DNA of 21,645 bases from Bugula neritina (Eukaryota; Animalia; Bryozoa). Below the pieces are notes generated by a model, which was given only the letters and a program-made list of their open reading frames with translations, was not told where the DNA came from and ran no database searches. A program made the position numbers and the translations under genes. Each line of letters starts with the position of its first letter. Position 1 is the first letter of the stretch. Location: the NCBI GenBank assembly GCA_964035545.1, contig CAXIUT010000002.1, forward strand, positions 1 to 21,645, in the 5' to 3' direction. Below are positions 11,418 to 21,645 of this stretch, piece after piece.

Positions 11418-14245
11418 TCAAATTCTTCTAACTGGATCCAAGATGCTCTTCCTCATCTCCTAGACACTCATTTCTCTCTCTTCTAGTCTTCTTCTTAAAG
11501 CCTAAATTTCCAAGGCCATCAAGATGAACTTCATGTTGGCAGCTTCTTCTTTTTTATCCATATTGATGTTGTCAGCATATTTTAGTCTCATCTTTTTAAC
11601 ATCTTCATCATAAGCTTTGTTTTCTTTGGTCAATCTATCTATTTAAGCGCCTAGAATATGAATTCTTCTGGCATAGTCTTGATACTCTTCAATTTGTTTG
11701 GCCATATTTCGAGATTATTGCTCGCTTCTTTGCACTTATGCTAAAATCCTGTTGAAATCATTGGTTATTTGTCCAATTCTATCATAAACAAATAGCATAC
11801 TTGTTTTAGAGGTTGCTGATTTTGTTGATAAGCATATCGATTTAGCTATTTTTTGTTTGAACTTTGAATTGAAGTTATTTATGCTTTTATACCATCTATT
11901 GGAACTCTCTTGATTTGTTTCTGCTAGTAATTGCTCCTTCTTGATTTAATCTTTCGATTTCGCAACTGAGGACTATTATTTTGCAGGCGAATTCGTTTGA
12001 GATGGTTTTTTATTTTTCTAGGTCTTGTTATTGAGTGCGTAGACGTTTTTCGTAGCCTTCCAAATCTGCCATTAAAGCAACTAGATGATTCTAAATATGT
12101 TGAGATGATACTTGTTGTTCTTGCATGGTGATTTCTATTTAATTTTTTTTTCTAACCTCAGGCTACAACCTTGAATACTGCATTCTTAATTCTTAATATT
12201 ATGAATTTTTAGTTCTTATCATGTTATTTAATTTTTATTTTTCTTGATTATTTTTAAAAAGTCCATTCTAAAACTATCTAGACTTGTTATCTAATTATCT
12301 ATATTTATTTTGCCAGTTATCGATCTATCTCTTGAGATTGTTGTTACCATCTTGCATCTTAGCTATGACTTGCTAGTTCTAGTTCATCTTTACCTCATAG
12401 TTTTTGTAGTAGTTAATTTTGCTGTAAAGTTCTAACTTTTATTGTTCTAAGGCACCTATTTATCTATTTCTATCTTTGAGTAGATCATTTAATTTATCAA
12501 GTTCAGTAGTAAGTAATCCAATTTTATTCTAATAATCTCTTACTTTTATCTATATGCTTTTGTATTATGATAGTGTTCCTTCAACTTTGTTATATCTGAT
12601 TTTGTAGTCATTGAGTTATCCTGCTTGATTTTTCAGTAATCCATTTAATCTCTAAACTTATGATGTTAAACTGCTATTATGTCTCTCTACATCTTTGTAT
12701 TGATTTTAATTTCTTTTGTAGCCGTTGATATCTCCTTCCATTTTGGATATGAGGTATTTGAATTATTAATTTTGTTTAACTTGTGTATTACATTTATCTT
12801 ATAATCCTCTTTTATCTTTCTTCAATATTTATAAATCATCAAGTTTATTCTATATTTGATTGTATCTTCCTTTCCACTCTTATATCTCAGTCAATCTTGA
12901 TTTTAGTATGCCGTTGATTCTATCATTTTCTATTTTTAAATTATTTATTTTAGATTAGTAATTGAATAATTCATTCTATAAATTCTTGAACTTAGATAGC
13001 TAGTTTTATCTATCAACTACCTTTCTCTTCCACTGATCGATCTAGTCCATCTTGGTCCGTAATATGTTATTTAACCTTTATAACTAGCTTGAAGCCAGTG
13101 CTAGTTTTTATGTCAGTTCTTATATATATAATTTCATTTAATTAGCTCTCATCATGTCTTACTAGAGTCGACTGGCTTGTGTTTTCCATTCTTCTGCTTA
13201 TTTTATTTTTTTTTATAAATTATTTTTCAATATTTTATTTTATGACTACCACTCTGTTTGCATTTTAAGTTGTTGATTTAATTTGAATTATTTTTGTCTA
13301 TTGCTACTGAGTTAGTCGTCTTTTTATCTTAAGAGTTAATTAAGTCTGACTAGTTATTGGTTGAGTCTTCTTAATTTATTTTAATTATCATTGATAATAT
13401 TTTAATAGTTTTTAAGTTAGATGATAGTGATTTAATACTTTTGGCATTTTTGTTTATAATCTTCTACATCTCTATTTCTATTGTCAAGCAACTATCTACA
13501 TTTTCTTATCTAGTTCTATAAACTTGATCTCTCATTTTGATGTCTGATTGCCATCTATCTTATCTATCTGTCAATCATTGACTTCCTCTGACTCTACATC
13601 ATTGATCTCAAATCGTCTAACTATTTTATTTTGCTTTTCTATGATGCTTGGTATCTAGATTTCCACTTCTAGATCTATTGAGTTAGGTCGGCATTTTTTG
13701 TTTTTTATGATTAGTATCGTTGGCGGATAGTAAAATCTACATCGTTTAGTTTATTTTTCAACATCTAGTTCTAGTGATATAGAGTTTCACAAATCTTATT
13801 TAACTTCTCATATTCTTCACGATACTCGTATATTTCTTTCTATTGAGTAAAACATTTCTCAGTCAACTATCTTATCTGAACCTAGTAGTTTGAAGAATTA
13901 AACAGTTGTCGCTAGTACTACTTCAGCTTCACTCTTAGAACCTATACTTCTCTAGATAACCTTTAAATTTAAATAGTCTGGAATACTACAATAAACTGAA
14001 TATTGTCCCCCAGGTTTATCTTCTTGTGGTTTGGTAAGTTTTGAATACGAGATCTATTTTATCAAGTTTGTACTTTCGGAGGTCATCTCCATAGGCGATG
14101 GATTCGTTGAGCATGGGTGTTGAGATAAAGGAACGACTGACGTTAGTATTATTGCCAACTCCTGAACCTAGATGGTAGAGTTATTACCTGTGTTGAAGAC
14201 GTAAGATTGTCTAAGAACGGTATCTCTAAAACCTGATTGACTCAT
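11418..14245 (-). CDS. Large coiled-coil protein (about 921 aa) with recurring EIERL(N) and ENKIGLL-type motifs, probably cytoskeletal or cortical
   Basis: Long open frame under TAR=Glu with introns at 14168-14187 (20 nt), 14054-14073 (20) and 11779-11800 (22). Motifs TIEIERL, EVERLNGLLK, YENKIGLLTTELDKLN and CEIERLNQ. Function is inferred. Confidence 0.82.
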
Positions 14246-14283
14246 ACTCTCTGCAGAATCAATTTAATTTTAACTTAAATTAC

Positions 14284-14376
14284 TTGGTGGGGTTGGGGTT
14301 GGGGTTGGGGTTGGGGTTGGGGTTGGGGTTGGGGTTGGGGTTGGGGTTGGGGTTGGGGTTGGGGTTGGGGTTGGGT
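14284..14376 (+). repeat. Internal telomeric tract 2, (TTGGGG) about 15 copies
   Basis: TTGG-TGGGG-(TTGGGG)n-TTGGG followed by TCAT. Same orientation as tract 1 and as the right telomere. Confidence 0.97.
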
Positions 14377-14383
14377 CATATTT

Positions 14384-14414
14384 TCAAAGTATCAAAGTAT
14401 CAAGTATCAAAGTA
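14384..14414. repeat. TCAAAGTA x4 (one 7-bp copy) just after internal telomere 2
   Basis: Read directly from the sequence. Confidence 0.9.
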
Positions 14415-14726
14415 TTCGAATAATTATCTTTGAGAAATATATGTATTATAGCTAGCTAATATTCTTTTTGGCTATAATTAGCTGGATAAAGGTGTAATAG
14501 TTGGTGATTTAATGAATTAGTGAATGGATGTTTAGTAAGAATATTATTATGAAGGACTATAATAAATTTTATATGAGCAGGCATAAGTTTGTTGCAACTA
14601 ACAGAGATAACTTTGCTTTTCAGAAGAGAGAGTAAAGTTTATCATTAAGAAAAAATCAATAAAGACATTCTCAATAACTAAAAGTTGATAAAAAAGTACC
14701 ACATAAATAAATACTTCTACCCATCG

Positions 14727-16271
<1,545 letters not shown>

Positions 16272-16280
16272 TAATAATGA

Positions 16281-16619
16281 TCATTCGGGTTTTACATATC
16301 TCTTTTTATTGAATAAAAAATAAATTTATTTAGCTATTGTCTTTTATGCATAGAAGTCCATGATGAAAATAACTAAGTTTTGTTAATTTAAGTCAAGAAA
16401 TTAATTTACTTAAGGTGATTATTATTTTTATTTATGGGCTTGATTTTTTTTATTTTGAGATAAATGGGAAAGGAAAGATGAGGGTGATTTGTTTTGAGGT
16501 TGTTATGAGATTTCTTATAGGAATTAAATTTTGATTGTTTATTTGAGTGGAGATGTTTTAAATGTTGAAAAAGGTAGTTTAAGGTTATAATCGATAATCT
16601 ATTTGAGTAAAAATGCCAT
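16281..16619 (-). CDS. Small hypothetical protein, about 112 aa
   Basis: ATG16619 to TGA16283-16281 is open, strand composition is coding-like, and the stop has the same TGA-T context as the other genes. Start uncertain (another in-frame ATG at 16682). Confidence 0.5.
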
Positions 16620-17837
16620 TTAAGCTTCGAATAATAAAAAAAATTCAAAAGTGTATAGCCAATCAGCAGAAGACGATATCATCGACTGAAGAAATACCTT
16701 AAAAAAGGAAAAACAACGATGTTGTCAATCGACAAAAGTAAATGTTATTTTATATTAGACCAAAACAAAGAAAAATATTTTCAAAAACACCTAATCTCTA
16801 TCAACTGATCCTCAGTAAGGAACATTTATCAGAAAAACATGTGTTTAACTTTTTCAATGTAAGTTTTAGATTTTTATAGTTGTTTACCATTAATTAACGC
16901 GCACTCAGACAAGAAGATTGGTAAGAAGCATACATCAAAAGTCACTTCTATACTAAAACTCTCAGAAAAGTAGAGGTTAGACCCAAAAATATAGTCATGA
17001 GTTTCTCTGATTCTGATTTATAGTTTCCTCCCATGTATAACAATCACCATATAGAGAATATATAGTTAATAGATTTAGAAGTTTTGGAGATGAAAAGTTT
17101 GCCCGATTGGCTACACTGATGTAAGAGGCAACTAAAAAAATAAAATAACTGGCTTCTTTCGAGGGGAAGAATGACAAGGATATTAGTTCTGATATGGTTG
17201 AGCCATATGTCGAATCTTTGGGGAATAAGATGTATTGTTGTAAGAGCTAAAGCAAGATGTATTTGTCTAATAGTATGCTGGAGATGCTAGAATATGATCC
17301 TGAAAAGGTGGCTCTATAAATTATCAAATACCGGGTTTGTCTATACGAGTAACTAATCTGATATTTTAGAGGTTGTACTACTGAACACTACTATGATGTG
17401 ATTGTTAAAGTGTTTTAAAACGTTAATAACCTCATCAACCTTCTGCTTGATAAAATTAGTCTAGAAACTTTCCTGGATTCATCTATGCTGAGGTTCAGAG
17501 ACACCCTCATCACCAAAAATAACGTACTTCCTCTTCTATTTAGAAAAAGGTGCATGGAAAGGTGAGATGTGGAATGCCGAATCCCTTTATAACTATATTT
17601 TAGGTTTAGGAAATCATAAATATCAGTTAATAATTTTAGTCATCTCCCTATTTCAAAGGAGTTTATAAACAATAAATCGCTAAATATAGATAAAAAGTAA
17701 GATAGTCTCAAATAATATCTTTGAAAAATATAACAGACTTGCCTCAAAATTGTTTTCCATAGAATAAGTATAAAACAGCCAACTATATGGAACTTGAATA
17801 ATTAGTTAAAAAGGAGTAATAAGAAGATCAATCTTGA
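16613..17837 (+). CDS. Uncharacterised protein of about 387 aa, possibly with a degenerate PAS-like segment
   Basis: Frame maintained by introns at 17035-17054 (20 nt), 17349-17369 (21, in-frame TGA) and 17524-17543 (20). Two further frame-neutral 21-nt candidates at 16738-16758 and 16859-16879. Start uncertain. The PAS guess rests only on YLSNSMLEMLEYDPEKV and LITKNNKKV. Confidence 0.62.
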
Positions 17838-17904
17838 TATTTTCTGATTGATTTTAGTATCAAATCATTATAACTATTTATATATATTACTAAGTAAAAT
17901 GAAA

Positions 17905-20900
17905 TCAATCGATGTTTTTTGGATTATTTGCACCTGATCTGCTCTTTATCAACTTCTAAAGATCTTGGCTCATTTGGCAAGGAGCTAAAGGTTAGAAAAG
18001 ACCCATATTTTATGGAATTTATCCCAATTTCCTTATTTTTTTGTATTTCAATGCTCTTCCTATAGCTATCAAATCTTCCTAAGGAGTAACTTTCCCTCTT
18101 CCAATCAATCTTTAGCTCATAATATCTAGTAGTTGTTCTTTATCAAAATCAGGAGGGTCTACAATATCCATAATATCGTCAATGAGTGACTGTTTGATGA
18201 TCTAATCAATCAGATATGATCTTTAGAGAGAAGGAGAGGCATTGATTTCAATTAGATGACAGTTGGTGTCTTAGTCTATCATGATATCATAGCCAAAGAG
18301 TTCGAAGGCAGCTGGAAAGGATGGAACTGAAATCGAGCACCCTAAAAGTGATTTGATAACAATTTAATGTACTTGTGACCATACTTTATTGAAGGAATAA
18401 TTCATTTTGGTGAGTTTATCTTTCAATGTTTTTAGTGATATTTTACTTCCTCCTGAAAAGTTAGCATTCTATTTGGTATTATTTCTATTAACTGAAAAAT
18501 TGGTTAAATGGATAAATGCATTTTTCATTTGCATGGGTTCTAGACTAAACTTCTAGGTACTTAACCGAGCGAATCCTTATTTATATACAAATGCTTACAA
18601 AGGATGAAAATTGGTTACAAGAACGTATATTCTCATATCGAATTTATAGCCATCAAGAAGCAGAGGATTAGGAATATATTTTTGCACTACAATGTTATCA
18701 GTGTAGTTAAGTTAAGCTAAGTTGCTTATAACTTTAATTCCTCTTCCTCTTGACTTACCGATAGGTTTCATTATCCAATAATTACGATCTTTATTCAACA
18801 TTTATTATTAATGAAATTTCATGCTGAATTGTGTGTATTATTTAGGGAGGTTAAATGTTATAGGTAGAAAATTAAACTGTATTTTAAGCATTTTTCTGAA
18901 GGCGTCTAAATTTTTATAGAGAAGATCTTTTCTAGATAGATTTTTATTGAAAGGAAAATGATTTATTCTTTGCCAGACTAGTAATTTACTAATATCGATA
19001 TCTGGTTTGCTCCAAGACCAGAAGAAATTCCAGCTAGATCTTAAAGAACAGCCATGAGGCAGCTATTTCCAACATTTTTTTCTTAAAAATCCAGTAGTAA
19101 TAATATCATAGACCTACTATTTACTCTTAACTACTCGATAATATCGATTATCTCCTTAGGCGAATTGTCCTTGAAGATTATTATTAAATATTTACAACCT
19201 TTCTACCATCTTTTTCAAATTTACATATGTGCTTTAAGTATGTAGTAGCAACTGTTTGGGATCGGTCATTTGGAGTTTACTTGATGAGTCGAAAGGTAAG
19301 AAAATGGCTGGTTGAAAGATAGACTTTTTATCTTTGAAGTGACTAACATGGGTTGTGAATATATTTACTAGATCTTTCATTATAGATGGGATATCTTGGA
19401 TAGCTTGATGTTATGCTTTGGTGTACATGACTGAAAATATATGGTTGAAAGTTGGATAGATCTAGAGATAGTTAAAGGTGGGAAGGACATACAAAGGTTT
19501 AGGTGGTTTAACTGCAGCTGCTGAAGCTCTTTTAGGTATTACTCTTTTCTTATGATCATCCACCATCTTTTTCAATTACTTTTTCTTTTTGTCGTAAATT
19601 TAGTCAATTATAGCATCTTCTACTTGATTTTACTTTTTTTATTATTATTTGCTAGGAGAATCAAAGGATTATATTGGTTATTAAATGGGAGAATATTTAT
19701 CAGAGATGCTATTTTTGATAGAATTTTTAATTTATATTTTATTTTTTTATTATAGCTATTTTTATTATTTTTGTCTTTTTATTTGAAATTAAGCTTATTC
19801 TCTAATATGGATCCAATATTATTCATTATAACATTTTTTAACCTTTATCTATTCCTTTTCATCTACCTTTTCTCTTTATTATTATAAAGCCAAAGGTTAT
19901 ATTTATTAGTTTTAAGGAGATAGATCTATGATTCTTCCAAAAGATTATTATTTTTTATTGAATTTCATTTCCTATATCTTTTATTCAAACTTTTATGTCT
20001 ATTTTTTTATTTGCTGTAACTATTCTATCTCAGATTTGTAAATATTCACATCCCCTTATTCTTTTACTTTATTAGTTTAAACTATTCTATTTGATATTAT
20101 CTTTTCTGAATGATAAATTACTTCTTTATTATCATCTTATTCCAGTTCTTTATTATCATCTTATTCCAGTTGTTTATTATCATCTTATTCCAGTTGATTT
20201 TCCTATTATTTTTATATTTTATGATTTAGAGTGATTTTTAAGTTAATTTATAATTTCTTTTCAGGTTACTAGTTTATAATTTACTATTTTATTTATTATT
20301 CTCTTTTAGTCTATTCAAAGACACTATCTCTTCTTCCCTTCACATCTTTCCCTTCAATCTATTATATCTATATTTGTTCTTTAATCTCTTCCACCTTCTC
20401 TTCCTTATGACCATACTAAATTAACATACCTTGCATTTAATTCTTGCTAATATCAATTAACTCCTAATGTTTATTCTATTTCTACCTTTCTATTTCTATT
20501 TTTGATTTCTATTATACTTTTTAATTCTTCAATATTTATCTTTTCTCTATTTCTTTTTTACTTTTCATTTCTTTCTGCTTCTCTTCTTGTTTGATCATTT
20601 CTACTAAATCTTTATTATTCATATGAGATTATTTCTTCTTTTCTGCTTTTTTCCCTTTTAGCTTCTCTACTACTTCTTGTCTTTTCTTTTCCATCTATTT
20701 CTAGTTTACTTTGTTGGGAGCCTAGCTAAGATGTTTATTGGATGTGATGGGGGAAGGTTGAGGTTTGCTTGATGTGTTTGATTTTATATTTTTGGTTGAG
20801 ATAGGTTGTAGAGTGGAAGGACTAACCACATGACCTCTATCATTGACAGTAAATCCTGGTTGTGGTTTAGGTGGTCCTCCTTTTTTAATAGTATAACAAC

Positions 20901-21507
20901 CTTATACTTTATTTTTATTTAAAGTATTCATAATAAAATCTTTCATTGAATTTTTAGATTTATTCTTATTATTACCTATTCCCATCTTGCGACTCCCTCC
21001 TAGCTTCTATTCACTTATCGTATATGCCTTATTATGACCTTATTTATCTCTTTAATTTATAACTGTCAGTGCATTTGATGTTGCTGCTGAGGTGACTGAA
21101 ATAGCATCATTTTTATCATAATATTCTTACTATTTCTTTTGATTTATATTTGACTTCGATATTGTTTTATTTTCTTAAGGAATTTATTGTTGGGCAATGG
21201 CTTATTATGCTAATTTAAGAAACTCATTATTAAAATCTGTAACTTTTTTGACATATGGATTATCAATTGCACATAGTTATTGAAAGAATTCTAATGTTTT
21301 TCTTTATTCTAGTTAGATATTGATATTTTAGATATATTAACTCAATTCTGTATTAGTCTGACTAGTATCAGCTGAGTTAGTTGTTCTATCTTCGAGTTTA
21401 GCTACTATTTTTCTAAGTTCCTATGAAGAATAATCGTAAATTTATTACAAAGAAGGCAGTTATCCAACTATCATTCTGATTTATTATTTTAAATTATATT
21501 CTATCAT
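17905..21507 (-). CDS. Tubulin-tyrosine ligase-like (TTLL) protein, probable polyglutamylase, 1200 aa with long charged N-terminal extension
   Basis: [82 protein letters not shown] and [10 protein letters not shown]. Single open frame ATG21507 to TGA17907-17905. Confidence 0.93.
20122..20193. repeat. 24-bp coding repeat x3 (LEEDDNK(Q/E)) within the TTLL N-terminal region
   Basis: TT(C/G)TTTATTATCATCTTATTCCAG x3. Confidence 0.9.
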
Positions 21508-21575
21508 ATATTATCAATCACGCAAACATCATTACTCAGAGATTTATCAAAATAAATTGTATACATATCATTCGA

Positions 21576-21645
21576 GGGGTTGGGGTTGGGGTTGGGGTTG
21601 GGGTTGGGGTTGGGGGTTGGGGTTGGGGTTGGGGTTGGGGTTGGG
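21576..21645. repeat. Right telomere, (GGGGTT)n
   Basis: About 11 repeats, with one G5 variant near 21612. Ends in TTGGG. Confidence 0.98.

Noticed and set aside
12091-12156. Additional introns in the coiled-coil gene (GTATCATC..TTAG, 21 nt; GTTAG..ATAG, 22 nt)
   Set aside because: The frame reads through without them, and removing the 22-nt candidate would break the frame.
5247-14376. Telomere-bearing transposon (TBE or Tel-1-like) bounded by the two internal tracts
   Set aside because: The tracts are direct rather than inverted, no terminal inverted repeats or transposase were seen, and the enclosed genes are housekeeping genes.
21611-21617. G5 variant telomere repeat as a distinct repeat type
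   Set aside because: Single instance in a homopolymer, most likely a sequencing error or telomerase slip.

Overview
AT-rich ciliate macronuclear-type molecule capped at both ends by (C4A2)n/(G4T2)n telomeres. It uses the peritrich-type nuclear code (TAA and TAG = Glu, TGA = only stop; NCBI table 30), so the supplied standard-code ORF track is mostly misleading. Manual re-translation gives 12 tightly packed genes: a tandem-domain adenylate/UMP-CMP kinase, a SAPS/PP6 regulatory subunit, Rab GDI, a DYRK kinase, a TTLL ligase, a large coiled-coil protein and six uncharacterised proteins. Sixteen tiny GTA..AG introns were inferred, 13 of them exactly 20 nt. Two internal G4T2 tracts (about 5247-5310 and 14284-14376) split the window into 5.3, 9.1 and 7.3 kb segments. 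Both tracts are co-oriented, share the borders TTGGT..TTGGG-TCAT and are followed by tandem repeats. The first is followed by an indel-free 2.2-kb array of a quasi-palindromic 29-bp unit and is bracketed by a diverged duplication of the SAPS gene's 3' end. All 12 stop codons read TGA-T. An AAA-TGA-A site upstream of the DYRK domain is a candidate +1 frameshift. Whether the internal telomere junctions are biological or assembly/library chimeras cannot be decided from the sequence alone.
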